Below are positions 19,961 through 29,380 of a stretch of DNA of 64,000 nt, piece after piece (position 1 is the stretch's first letter; every line of letters starts with the position of its first letter). Source of the DNA: a bacterium (GTDB lineage: Bacteria > UBA8248); assembly GCA_965221165.1 (NCBI GenBank), contig CBDCRP010000003.1, positions 1,824,001-1,888,000 of the forward strand. Reading direction: 5' to 3'. A program made the position numbers and the translations under genes. The notes below the pieces were generated by a model. The model had not been told where the DNA came from, did no database searches, and was given only the letters and a program-made list of their open reading frames with translations.

Positions 19961-20842
19961 ATGGTCCGCATCGCTGGCGAATCTTCCCGCACAGCCAGAT
20001 ACCTGAACCTCAGTCCTCCCGGGGCGGATGAGGCGATCGTCTTGTGCTATGAGGCATCAGGAGACGGCACGCCGCTCCTCTTCATCCCGGGCCTGGGCGA
20101 TACGGCTTGGGTGTGGCGCAAGGTCATCCCCACGCTGACGAGCATGCACCGCGTTATCGCCATGGAACCGAGGGGGCATGGGCGCTCCTCGAGCCCGAGG
20201 GGAAAATACACGCTCGCCGAGATGGCGGGCGACATCGGGGATATCGCCGAACGCCTGGGACTGAACCGGCCCGTCCTCATCGGGCACGGCCTTGGCGCGA
20301 GGGCCGCACTTTTGCTCGCCATCGAGCAACCCCGGCTGCCAGGCGCGCTCATCCTCATCGCGACGGGGGCTGCGCCCGCCGCCAAGAACGTGCGCAGAAG
20401 CGTCGCCGAGCGCATCCATCTGGCCGAGGCGGGAGACATGCAAGAGGCCTACAGAAATAAGAAAAGCGAGGGCAGAGAACCCAGAGGCATGAATCCCAAA
20501 GAGCGCGCGGAGCGTCACCGCCTGTTTTTACGAAACGACGCTTCGGGATACGCATCGGCGGGGTACGCCGAGCTTCTCGCACCCGACCTGACGGAGCGCC
20601 TGGGCGAAATATCCTGCCCCGTGCTCGCGCTCACGGGCGAGAACGACCCCGAATACCACGAGGACGCTCAAACCCTATCCATGAAGATTCCCCGTTGCGA
20701 GTCCGTTTCGATAGAAGGAGCGGGACGCTACGCGCAACTGGACAGGCCCGAGGCGGTGCGCGCCCTCATCCACGATTTTTTCAGGAAACACTATCTTTCA
20801 GTCGCCAAATCGACGGAGGAAATCCATGAGCCGATTGATTGA
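19961..20842 (+). CDS. Alpha/beta hydrolase fold protein (catalytic residues appear altered)
   Basis: IPGLG, PRGHGRS, GHGLGA where GxSxG is expected. Confidence 0.8.
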   Translation: MVRIAGESSRTARYLNLSPPGADEAIVLCYEASGDGTPLLFIPGLGDTAWVWRKVIPTLTSMHRVIAMEPRGHGRSSSPRGKYTLAEMAGDIGDIAERLGLNRPVLIGHGLGARAALLLAIEQPRLPGALILIATGAAPAAKNVRRSVAERIHLAEAGDMQEAYRNKKSEGREPRGMNPKERAERHRLFLRNDASGYASAGYAELLAPDLTERLGEISCPVLALTGENDPEYHEDAQTLSMKIPRCESVSIEGAGRYAQLDRPEAVRALIHDFFRKHYLSVAKSTEEIHEPID

Positions 20843-21506
20843 CCTCACAGCCCCTCTCGGACACCCCGATCTTTGCGAGGTGCCGACGTTTCCCCCGGTG
20901 GAATACTGGCAGTTCCACGAACATCCCACCCACGGTCGCCAGAACAGCGCGGTCAGGATGGCGATTCACCAGGGAACGCATCTCGACGCGCCCAACCATT
21001 TCTATCCCGACGGTGTCACCATCGACGAAATGCCGCTCGAGACTTTCTGCGGCCGCGCCGTGAAGATCGACTTGAGGGGAACGGCGCGCGAGGCGAACCC
21101 CATCACCCGGGAGATGATCGAATCTAGCCCCGGCTTCAAGCCCGAGCGCCTCGATGGCGCCATCGCCGTCACGTGGACGGGCTGGTCGAAGGAAAAATTT
21201 TTCACGCCCGATTACTTCGGCCCCAACCCCTACCTCGACAAGGAGGCGTGCCACTTTCTGTGTGATTGCGGCATGAAGGCCCTTTGTATGGATCACGCCA
21301 TCGACCCGGGTATGCAGCCCGACTCCGTGGTGCACCACGAGGATTCCCCCGGTCACCGCGCGGTGCTGGGCCGGGGCGTTCCGCTCATAGAGCACGTCAT
21401 CAACCTGGATACGTTCGAGGAGACCGAATTCGAAATGTTCGCATTTCCGATGAAACTCTACAGAATCGAGGGTGCGCCTGCGCGCGTGGTGGCGCGGCTA
21501 GATTGA
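20826..21506 (+). CDS. Cyclase family protein (kynurenine formamidase-like)
   Basis: HQGTHLDAP.H motif, IEH, GAPARVVA. Confidence 0.9.
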   Translation: MSRLIDLTAPLGHPDLCEVPTFPPVEYWQFHEHPTHGRQNSAVRMAIHQGTHLDAPNHFYPDGVTIDEMPLETFCGRAVKIDLRGTAREANPITREMIESSPGFKPERLDGAIAVTWTGWSKEKFFTPDYFGPNPYLDKEACHFLCDCGMKALCMDHAIDPGMQPDSVVHHEDSPGHRAVLGRGVPLIEHVINLDTFEETEFEMFAFPMKLYRIEGAPARVVARLD

Positions 21507-21524
21507 AAAGAAAGGAGCACAGAC

Positions 21525-21917
21525 TTGCCGTTTTACAGAATATCCGAGATGGAAACGAAATACGTCGACATGGGCAAGGCCCAGACGCAAAGCGTTGCCG
21601 GGGAGTTCATGAAGGCTGGTATGATCACCTATCCCGAAGGCGGCGGGCCGCCGCCTCATTTTCACCCGAACGAGGAGCAGTTTCTTCTGGTGATGGCGGG
21701 GGAGGCGAACGTGATTCTGGGTGAGGAAACCCGCCTCGTTGGTCCCGGCGATTTGGTCCACATCCGCCGCAACGAGCGCCACGGTCTTCGCATCATCAAG
21801 GGGCCGTTTGTCTTCTTCACCGTGAAGAGCCCCCCAGGGGACGGCGATCTATATCAAGACTACAACAAGGCCGAAGACGCCGATGAGGCGCGAATAAAAC
21901 TGGAATCCACCTCATAA
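21525..21917 (+). CDS. Cupin domain protein
   Basis: PPPHFHPNEEQ, GDLVHI..NERH. Confidence 0.85.
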   Translation: MPFYRISEMETKYVDMGKAQTQSVAGEFMKAGMITYPEGGGPPPHFHPNEEQFLLVMAGEANVILGEETRLVGPGDLVHIRRNERHGLRIIKGPFVFFTVKSPPGDGDLYQDYNKAEDADEARIKLESTS

Positions 21918-21948
21918 AAGTATCAACCTGAAGACAAGGAGATTGTGC

Positions 21949-22334
21949 ATGCCCTTTTACAAAATAGAAGACTTCCAAAAGGCTCCTCGGCGGTGGGTCC
22001 CGCCACCAGCCACGCGACAGCGGGCGAGTTGATGAAGGTGGGCTGGGTGATATACCCCCAGGGAGACGGCCCGCCGCCGCACTTTCATCCCAACGAGGAG
22101 CAGTATATCCTGATGCTCGAGGGCAAGATGAACATGATCTGCGGCGAGGAGGTGCGCGAAATCGGCGCAGGCGACTTGGTCCACATCCCCAGAAACACGC
22201 GCCACGGCATCCACATCACCGAAGGGCCGGCGAAGTTCTTCGCCGTCAAAAGCCCGGCGGGCGACGGCACGCTGGATCAGGACTACAACAAGGCGTCGGA
22301 TGCGGACGAGGTGGCGGAGCGTCTCAAGAATTAG
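21949..22334 (+). CDS. Cupin domain protein, tandem paralog (apparent 1-nt frameshift near 21975)
   Basis: RBS+ATG gives MPFYKIEDF, matching paralog start MPFYRISEM; the rest lies in ORF 21945..22334. Confidence 0.8.
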
Positions 22335-22347
22335 CAAACTGAACCAG

Positions 22348-22385
22348 AAAAGCCGGTGGGCCGCCCCACCGGCTTTTTGTTTTTC
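22348..22385. terminator. Bidirectional intrinsic terminator
   Basis: AAAAGCCGGTGGG-ccgc-CCCACCGGCTTTTTGTTTTT between convergent genes. Confidence 0.85.
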
Positions 22386-22909
22386 TACTGCTGCGCCTGG
22401 GCCGCCATCCGTTTTTTTCTGAACTGAACGGCCTGGATGACATCCTGCCAGACGAGACGACCCAGCGGGCCCGAACTGTAGAGCGAGATGTTCACCTTGC
22501 CGTCGGGTGAGAGCAGAAAGTTGGTGGCGTGAAGAAACGGTCTCGGCTTCTCGCCCGCCTCGGGGGCGTAGAAAGCGCCCGTCATCTCGGATATATAGGC
22601 GGGGTCCACGCTGTGCCCCACCGGAAAGTTCACCTTGCTCGCCTCGATGGACTGCACCGCCTCACTTTCCGGATCGGTGGACGCCGCGACGACCTTGATG
22701 CCTTCGGTTTCGAGCCTTTCTCCCGCCCGGGAGAATCCCGCCATCTGGGCGAGGCAGTAGGGTCACCAATGGCTGCGGTAGAACAGGACAACGCCCCACG
22801 AACCCCGCAAATCATCGGGCAGGGCGATTTTTCCGCCACCCACCTTGGAGATACGCAACCTCGGGAAATCATCCCCGGTATCCAGGAAGAACCGGTTCAC
22901 TTTCGGCAT
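22385..22909 (-). CDS. Peroxiredoxin-like (AhpC/TSA, thioredoxin fold) selenoprotein, UPYC; TGA at 22763-22765
   Basis: MPKVNRFFLDTGDDFP...WGVVLFYRSHW-TGA-PYCLAQMAGF... in frame with ORF 22385..22744. Confidence 0.85.
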
Positions 22910-23017
22910 GATGCGCTCCACTCTTGTTCAAGAAATAATCGAGTCCGTTTCATGTACTCGGGATGTTACCGCTCCGGCGGAACGATGAAAACCGGCCTGC
23001 TGAATCTGCGCACAAAA

Positions 23018-23054
23018 TAACACTCCCTCAATGTCGGCCATCGAGGGAGTGTTA
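23018..23054 (-). terminator. Hairpin/terminator between the two Prx-like genes
   Basis: TAACACTCCCTC...GAGGGAGTGTTA followed by TTTT on the minus strand. Confidence 0.65.
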
Positions 23055-23068
23055 TAAAAGGTTCGCTA

Positions 23069-23569
23069 CTAGTTCTGGGCCGCCATCATCTTCTTATAAA
23101 ACTGAACCAGACCCAGGACGTCCTGCCACACGAGCCGGCCGATGGGCCCGCTGCTGTAGACGGCCACGGCGACCGTTCCATCGGGCTTTAAGACATAGCC
23201 CGTGCTGTGAATGATCTGGCGTTTTTCCTCATAAAAACAACCGGTGAGCTCTGAAATCTGCTTGTTGTCAAGGCTATAGCCCACAGGGAAGTTGATTCCG
23301 CATTCATCCATCGTTCCCTTGGCTTGCTCCTCCGTGTCCACGGAGGCGGCAACAACTTTAACACCCTCTTCCTTGAGCTTCGCAGCCCTATCGAAGGCCG
23401 TAAGTTGCTGCTTGCAATAGGGTCACCAGTGACCTCGATACAGCAGAACCACCCCCCAGTCGCCCGCGAGATCGCCCGGAAGGGAGATTTTACCTCCCCC
23501 TACCTGGTCCACCTCGATGCCCGGGAAGGCATCTCCCGAATCGATCATCTTGTCCGTCATACGTGGCAT
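23069..23569 (-). CDS. Peroxiredoxin-like (AhpC/TSA) selenoprotein, UPYC; TGA at 23423-23425
   Basis: MPRMTDKMIDSGDAFP...WGVVLLYRGHW-TGA-PYCKQQLTAF...VAASVDTEEQ joins ORFs 23423..23605 and 23069..23341 in frame. Confidence 0.85.
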
Positions 23570-23802
23570 CAACGCGCCCTCCGAAAATGAATGAAGCAAA
23601 AACAAGCCTAAAATAATAAGCCCCGAACGCGATCATTTATACCCGCGCAATAGGGATATTTCAAACCGAATCGAATCTCTCTTACAACATCGCATCGATA
23701 ATTCCTACGATTTCTCCTCCCATGGTCTTGACACCGAGAGGCTTGGTTTTTAGCATAGGCCTACTTTTTCTGAAGGCTCGCAATGAGCGCAGGAGACTCT
23801 CA

Positions 23803-24081
23803 ATGAGCAATGCAATTGCTTGTGAATGCAAGAAAATAAAGCTCGAAGGTGAATACGAAAAAGCGGCCGGCGCCTGCAACCGGGAGATTCATCTATCCGA
23901 TGAGGATGCGGAGCGCTACCTCCCCCGCGATGAATCCCAGCAAAACCAGATCATCTCCAAAGAATGCCAGATTCCACCTCTCACCAGCGTCATCCGGTAT
24001 GGCGAGGGTTATTATGTCCTCAAAAAAGGCCGGGTCATGCGGGAGGGGTTCAGCAGGACGATCCCTGAATATAAGCAGTAA
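23803..24081 (+). CDS. Hypothetical small protein
   Basis: RBS AGGAGA + ATG 23803, MSNAIACECKK..., 92 aa with 4 Cys. Confidence 0.55.
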   Translation: MSNAIACECKKIKLEGEYEKAAGACNREIHLSDEDAERYLPRDESQQNQIISKECQIPPLTSVIRYGEGYYVLKKGRVMREGFSRTIPEYKQ

Positions 24082-24288
24082 ACGCGCCGGCGGGTTTCGC
24101 CGCCGCGCAAACGCTCAGCAGAACATTCCCGGATGCGAGCCAAGCGCGTCTTCGAATTGGCATGTCCATTTGCGTGAAACGCACACTCCTTCCATCAGCA
24201 CCATCCCTTGGCTCCTGGCTGTTTTTTGATGCTAGAATGAGACTCTTTGAATTTATTCCCGAAACACCCGACGCTGAGGAGATGGACC

Positions 24289-24651
24289 ATGCGCGCCAAG
24301 AGATATAATTGGAATGAAATGCCCGAGGAAGCCGTGACCGATACTTTTTCGAGAAAAATGGTGGTGGGCGAAAAAGAAATGCTTTGCTGGCTCAAACTTA
24401 AACCCGGCTGCCTGGTACCCATGCACAGCCACGAGAACGAGCAGATATCCCACGTCATCAAGGGAAGACTCCGGTTCTTCATCGATGATGAATCCGTGGA
24501 AATAGGCCCCGGGGAAACGCTCCTCATCCCGCCGAACGTGCCCCACGCCGTGGAAGTCGTGGGCGATGAAACGGCGATAGATTACGACATCTTCAGCCCT
24601 ATCCGCGAAGACTGGCTCGATGGGAGCGATAATTACTTAAGAGACGAATAG
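24289..24651 (+). CDS. Cupin domain protein
   Basis: PMHSHENEQ, IPPNVPH, DIFSPIREDWL. Confidence 0.88.
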   Translation: MRAKRYNWNEMPEEAVTDTFSRKMVVGEKEMLCWLKLKPGCLVPMHSHENEQISHVIKGRLRFFIDDESVEIGPGETLLIPPNVPHAVEVVGDETAIDYDIFSPIREDWLDGSDNYLRDE

Positions 24652-24812
24652 CGGAGAATCCCTGCCCGGCATCGCGGGTGCAGAAAAAGCATCCAGAACA
24701 CGGGGGTGTTTCGTTTTGCCCTTCTTTGGATGCGCCTTGGCAGTAGACTTGATGATTCAATCACCAGAGCCACCAGCCACTAACCGTATTCCCTTCTCAT
24801 ATTCAAGATATT

Positions 24813-25006
24813 GTATCCACAATTCAGCCTTACACAACATATAGATTCCCTGTAACCAATTGCTTTTTATGTGGTAGTTCGCTTTTCCCCATCTGAATAA
24901 CCTGTGGGTAAGGTTCTATATTTACCGCTATATATTGTGCAGGAATAAAAAAATCCACTACATTTTGTGGAAAATTGTTGACATATGGAAAAATTCGACC
25001 TACATT
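24813..25006 (+). promoter_or_regulatory. Sigma70 promoter with clustered DnaA-box-like and NrdR-box-like motifs
   Basis: TTGACA(24978)-17 bp-TACATT(25001); DnaA-like at 24813, 24883, 24892, 24903, 24966; NrdR-like 16-mers at 24832, 24925, 24955. Confidence 0.6.
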
Positions 25007-25008
25007 AA

Positions 25009-25190
25009 GGGAGAAGAGTAGCATCAAATAGACATATCACCATCCGTTTAAGCAGGCGCATCCGCCCATCGTTTCCGCTTGAAGAGTGATTTGACCGAAT
25101 AAGTTTGTTGAAGCCTCTTCGAATCGTGAACGACAAATGACCTTTCCGGGCATCGCCTGCCCTTTCCTTCCAGAAGATGCCTCTATCCCA
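25009..25190 (+). ncRNA. Candidate 6S-like rod-shaped ncRNA
   Basis: Nested pairings GGGA/TCCC, AGAG/CTCT, GCATC/GATGC, then a central bubble, then GCAGGCG/CGCCTGC, GCCC/GGGC, TCGTT/AACGA, GAAGAG/CTCTTC; about 180 nt, no ORF. Confidence 0.5.
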
Positions 25191-25277
25191 CCCAGGGGCC
25201 CCCACGGGGCCCCAAAATTATGAAAAGCCAGGGTGCGAGTCCTTACGCCAGACGCTTTTCATAAACCACGCACCACG

Positions 25278-25313
25278 AAAAAAGCCCCCTCGCCGGGAGG
25301 GGGCTTTCCTTTT
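25278..25313. terminator. Intrinsic terminator downstream of hflC (possibly bidirectional)
   Basis: AAAAAAGCCCCCTC-gccgg-GAGGGGGCTTT. Confidence 0.8.
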
Positions 25314-25325
25314 CCGGAACCGGAT

Positions 25326-26246
25326 TTATTCCGTTTTTTTCGCGGCTTTGTCTTTCAAGTCCCTGTTCTTTGATCCTTGCAGGAATCTGAGGAAATCGCT
25401 GCCCGCGGGCAGCAGGAGCGTCGTCTTGTCTTTCAAAGAACTCCGGTACACCTCCAGGCTTTTCAGGAAAGCGTAGAATTCCTCATCCTCCCCGAACGCC
25501 TTGGCGTTGATGTCGATGCTCTTGGCGTCGCCCTCGCCCTTGGTGATTTGCTCTTTCTCATAGGCTTCCGCCAGGAGCACGTCGCGCTCGCGGTTGGTTT
25601 CCGCCCGAATCTTCTGGGCCTGCTCTTTTCCTTCCGAGCGGTACTGGCGGGCGATTCTCTGCCGCTCGGCCTGCATGCGCCCATAAATCGCCTTTAAGTT
25701 CTCCGTGGGCAAATCGGCGCGCTTCAAGCGCACGTCCACTATCTCGATGCCGTATTCGCGCGCTTTCTTGTCGCTCTCCCTGGTGACTTTGGCCATCAAC
25801 TGCGCGCGGTCTTTCGCCACGATGTCGATCAAATCCTTGCGGCCGAGTTCCAGGCGCAATTCACTGTAGATGATGTCGTCGAGCCGGGCTTGCGCCCCGG
25901 TTTCGTTGCGGACCGTGCGCAGAAACTGGAGCGGGTCGATGATGCGCCAGCGCGAGAAGTTATCCACCACGAGGGATTTCTTGTCTTGGGTGATGATCTC
26001 CGTGGGGTTGGAGTCATACTCCAGCAGGCGGCGGTCGAAAAACGTGAGCTGCTCCACGAATGGAATCCGGTAGTTGAGCCCCGCGTCACGCAAAACGCGG
26101 ACGGGCTTACCGAACCGGGTGACGACCACTTGCCTGTCTTCACGAACCGTAAATAAAAATGAATTGAGAGCAAAGACAAAAACAAGGACCAAGACGAACA
26201 ACGCGATTGTCTTTTTGGGCAATTTTATGGCTCCCTCGGCGCTCAT
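25326..26246 (-). CDS. hflC: FtsH protease modulator HflC
   Basis: SPFH domain, TQDKKSLVVD, RMQAER, FYAFLKSLEVY. Confidence 0.93.
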   Translation of the reverse strand: MSAEGAIKLPKKTIALFVLVLVFVFALNSFLFTVREDRQVVVTRFGKPVRVLRDAGLNYRIPFVEQLTFFDRRLLEYDSNPTEIITQDKKSLVVDNFSRWRIIDPLQFLRTVRNETGAQARLDDIIYSELRLELGRKDLIDIVAKDRAQLMAKVTRESDKKAREYGIEIVDVRLKRADLPTENLKAIYGRMQAERQRIARQYRSEGKEQAQKIRAETNRERDVLLAEAYEKEQITKGEGDAKSIDINAKAFGEDEEFYAFLKSLEVYRSSLKDKTTLLLPAGSDFLRFLQGSKNRDLKDKAAKKTE

Positions 26247-27289
26247 CGTTTCGTTATCCCTTCTATTCCACCTCCCCGCAGCGGGAGTATCGGCAGCACG
26301 CCGGATTTACCCTGATCCAGGATCACTTTGTCCACCGTCGGCATCACCTCCTGCATCATTTCGAGATACAGGCGCTCGCGCGTAATGGCCGGCGCTTTTT
26401 TGTATTCCTTGAGCGTGGCGAGGAAGCGGTTCGCATCTCCGCGCGCATGGCGAATCTTGGTCTCGCGGTAGGCTTCCGCTTTTCTGAGGACGGCGGCCAC
26501 CTTGCCGCGCGTCTCCGGTATCACCTGGTTTTGATAGCCTTGCGCCTCATTCACGAGGCGGTTCCTGTCCTCACGGGCGCTGGCCACGTCCTTGAAGGCG
26601 TGAATGACATCCTTGGGCGGCGTCACGTCCTGAAGCTGCACCGCCGCCACGCGCAAACCGGTTTCGTAGCGATCCAGTATCTTTTGCATCTCCACCATCG
26701 TCTCTTGCTGGATCGCGCCCTTTCCGGTGGTGAGCGCCTCGTCGATGGGCTTGCTGCCCACGACTTGCCGGATGGCGGCTTCGGCGGCGTGCACCACCGT
26801 CTCTCTGGGATTGCGAACCTTGAAGAGATACTTGTCCGCCTCCACGATGCGGTACTGCACGATCATGTCGACGTCGACCATGTTTTCATCCCCGGTCAGC
26901 ATTCTCGACTCATGGGGCTTGTCCGAATACCTCGCGGGAGGACCCGGATCAATGGTGCGGAAACCGATTTCCACGCGCTTCACTTCCGTCACCTTCGGCG
27001 TATAGGCGGTCTCCATCGGGTAGGGCATATGATAGTTCAAGCCCGAGGACACCACCCGGTCGATGCGGCCGAACCGAAGAACGATGCCCTGCTCGTCCGG
27101 CCCCACGCTGAAAATACCCGAGGCCAGCCATATCAGAGCCACCACCACGAATATGGCCGCGGAGGGAAGCTTGAAATTCGGCAAACGAAACTGCGGCAGC
27201 TTGATCTGCGGCATGCCGCCGCCTCCACCGCCACCTCCACTACCACCACCTTGTCTTCTCGATTTGAACTCATCCCAATCCATCGGCAT
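26243..27289 (-). CDS. hflK: FtsH protease modulator HflK
   Basis: Gly-rich N-terminus, MLTGDEN, AFKDVASARED, TRERLYLE. Confidence 0.93.
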   Translation of the reverse strand: MPMDWDEFKSRRQGGGSGGGGGGGGMPQIKLPQFRLPNFKLPSAAIFVVVALIWLASGIFSVGPDEQGIVLRFGRIDRVVSSGLNYHMPYPMETAYTPKVTEVKRVEIGFRTIDPGPPARYSDKPHESRMLTGDENMVDVDMIVQYRIVEADKYLFKVRNPRETVVHAAEAAIRQVVGSKPIDEALTTGKGAIQQETMVEMQKILDRYETGLRVAAVQLQDVTPPKDVIHAFKDVASAREDRNRLVNEAQGYQNQVIPETRGKVAAVLRKAEAYRETKIRHARGDANRFLATLKEYKKAPAITRERLYLEMMQEVMPTVDKVILDQGKSGVLPILPLRGGGIEGITKR

Positions 27290-27399
27290 GAGTGTTTCTC
27301 CTATGAGCGACGCATCATTACTTTAAGAGGCGACATGGGAAAGAAATTTCGACCACCCAACAACTATCACGTTTACCCTAAGCGGGTTATGGATTGAAG

Positions 27400-28377
27400 T
27401 CAACCAACCCGAATCTGTTTTTGACGCACTTGCCTTTGGTTTTTCATGATTTGACGGCGCGAAGGCGAACCTTCTTGCGCGCCATGTCTTCTCACGGAAC
27501 ACGATCCTGCGCTGACGGCGAAGCGCACCGCATCCTCGAGCGCCGCGCCTTCTGCGAATCTGGCCGCCAACGCTCCGCAAAAAGCATCGCCCGCACCCGT
27601 CGTATCCACCACCTCGATACCGGCGGGAGGCCTGAGCCAGGAGGCTTTGTTTGCATCCAGGAGAAAAGCACCCTTTTCCCCCGCAGTGATGACGACCCGC
27701 GAAGGCCCCAACGCCCGCAAGGCGCGCGCCGCACCCAGGAACTCCTTATCGGTTTCGGGTGTTTTTTCGAGTTCGGTCAGATGCGCCGCTTCCGTTTCGT
27801 TCGGCGCCAGCACATCGGTCAAACGGAGCAATTCCCGGGGCAACTCCCCCGCCGCCGGTGCCGGATTCAGGATGTTGCAAGCCCCGCGCTTTCTCCCTTT
27901 TCGGAATGCTTCCGTAATCGATGAAACCGGAACCTCGAGCTGCGCCAGAACGACATCACCAAAATCCAAAAGCCCCAGCTTTCTTCTGATTCGGCCGGGA
28001 GTCAGGAACGCATTCGCGCCGGGGGCCACGGCGATTTGGTTTTCCCCTCCTCTTTCCACCACTATCAGTGCCGTTCCCGTGCTCGACTTGCAGCGCAAGA
28101 TGCCATCCGATGATATCCCGCTCTCCACCAGGTAATAGCGATAGGCATCGCCGTCTGAGTCACCACCCAGCATGGTGACGAAACGGACCTCTGTACCGGC
28201 GCGCAAGGCAGCCAGGGCTTGATTCGCCCCTTTTCCGCCCCAATACTCCTGCCGATCTTCTCCCAGGACAGTTTCACCGGGGGAGGGAAGTCTATCCACT
28301 CGAACAACGATGTCGATATTCGAGCTTCCCAACACCAAAACGGTGGCTTTTTTATTCTTCATCGTCGTCCCATCCAC
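27400..28377 (-). CDS. rbsK: Ribokinase (PfkB family)
   Basis: GSSNID, GGKGANQA, NPAPA, PNETEA, DTTGAGDAF. Confidence 0.88.
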   Translation of the reverse strand: MDGTTMKNKKATVLVLGSSNIDIVVRVDRLPSPGETVLGEDRQEYWGGKGANQALAALRAGTEVRFVTMLGGDSDGDAYRYYLVESGISSDGILRCKSSTGTALIVVERGGENQIAVAPGANAFLTPGRIRRKLGLLDFGDVVLAQLEVPVSSITEAFRKGRKRGACNILNPAPAAGELPRELLRLTDVLAPNETEAAHLTELEKTPETDKEFLGAARALRALGPSRVVITAGEKGAFLLDANKASWLRPPAGIEVVDTTGAGDAFCGALAARFAEGAALEDAVRFAVSAGSCSVRRHGAQEGSPSRRQIMKNQRQVRQKQIRVG

Positions 28378-29380
28378 GATATTTGCGCAGATGCGAGATG
28401 AAAAACGCCAAAAAACCCCTTACATCCAGGTCCAGAGCCACTTCGACCGGGTTTTTGACCCGTATTCCCTTGTTTTCCCTCAAATCCACCAACGTCATCC
28501 CCCGAGCAAGGCCCTTGCTCGTGTCCACATCCACGTGACACCGCCTAGTCTCCACCAAATCCGGCTTTATCGCGACGGCGAGAGCCAGGGGATCGTGCAG
28601 GGTGATGTCATCCACACCTCTTCGTTTTTTGGAGAATCGCGCGTATACCTTTATGATATCTCGAAACGCCGCCCGAAACGGGCCTCCTCCTCCAAATTCA
28701 TCGACGCCAAGGAGCGCGCGCCTCGTAACGTCAAGCCCCACCATGGTGATGGGCAGTCCCGATGAGAACACATCGGCCGCCGCCTGGGGGTCGCAATAGA
28801 TGTTGAACTCAGCCGCCGGCGTCACGTTCCCGGGCATCCGGGCGGCTCCTCCCATCACCACAATCCGCCTCACACGCGACAAGACCTTGGGCGCGCACCT
28901 GAGCGCCAGGGCCAGATTCGTCAGTGGCCCCAGGGTGATGATCGTCAAATCCGAACCCTGTTCTGCGGCCTGCTCGATGATCACGTCGCAGGCCGATTTC
29001 GAACTGCCGCCACCCAGGCGGCGCAAGCGTCCTTTTTTCTGGAACATCACACCCAGGCCTTCCGCCCCGTGAATCATGCGCGATTCGCTTCGGTTTAAGC
29101 GGCTTCCATCCAAGGCCAGTGAGGCCCCCCGGTAAACGGGAACTTCCGGGATGGGAGACGGGAGATGATCCCGCAGAAATGCGGTGAGTCTTCTCGCATT
29201 CCGGTAGGCCAAACGTGCGGAAACATTGCCATGCACGGTCGTCACGGTGATGTACTGAAAAAACGAGGATGCGAAACCCATCGCCAAAGCCAGCGCGTCG
29301 TCCACACCTGGGTCGCAATCCACCAAGGCGTATCGAACAACTGATTCCCTGTTATTTTTCACCATCGAATCACGCCTCAC
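28352..29380 (-). CDS. Nucleoside hydrolase (IUNH family)
   Basis: DCDPGVDD, GPLTNLA, AEFNIYCDP, HDP. Confidence 0.92.
   Translation of the reverse strand: MRRDSMVKNNRESVVRYALVDCDPGVDDALALAMGFASSFFQYITVTTVHGNVSARLAYRNARRLTAFLRDHLPSPIPEVPVYRGASLALDGSRLNRSESRMIHGAEGLGVMFQKKGRLRRLGGGSSKSACDVIIEQAAEQGSDLTIITLGPLTNLALALRCAPKVLSRVRRIVVMGGAARMPGNVTPAAEFNIYCDPQAAADVFSSGLPITMVGLDVTRRALLGVDEFGGGGPFRAAFRDIIKVYARFSKKRRGVDDITLHDPLALAVAIKPDLVETRRCHVDVDTSKGLARGMTLVDLRENKGIRVKNPVEVALDLDVRGFLAFFISHLRKYRGWDDDEE

Noticed and set aside
24813-25006. oriC
   Set aside because: No dnaA, dnaN or gidA nearby, boxes are mostly imperfect, and the rRNA operon would be transcribed head-on toward it; kept only as a motif cluster
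25009-25190. T-box or lysine riboswitch (GAAGAGTAG start)
   Set aside because: No AG box, T-box GGTGGNACC motif or downstream gene
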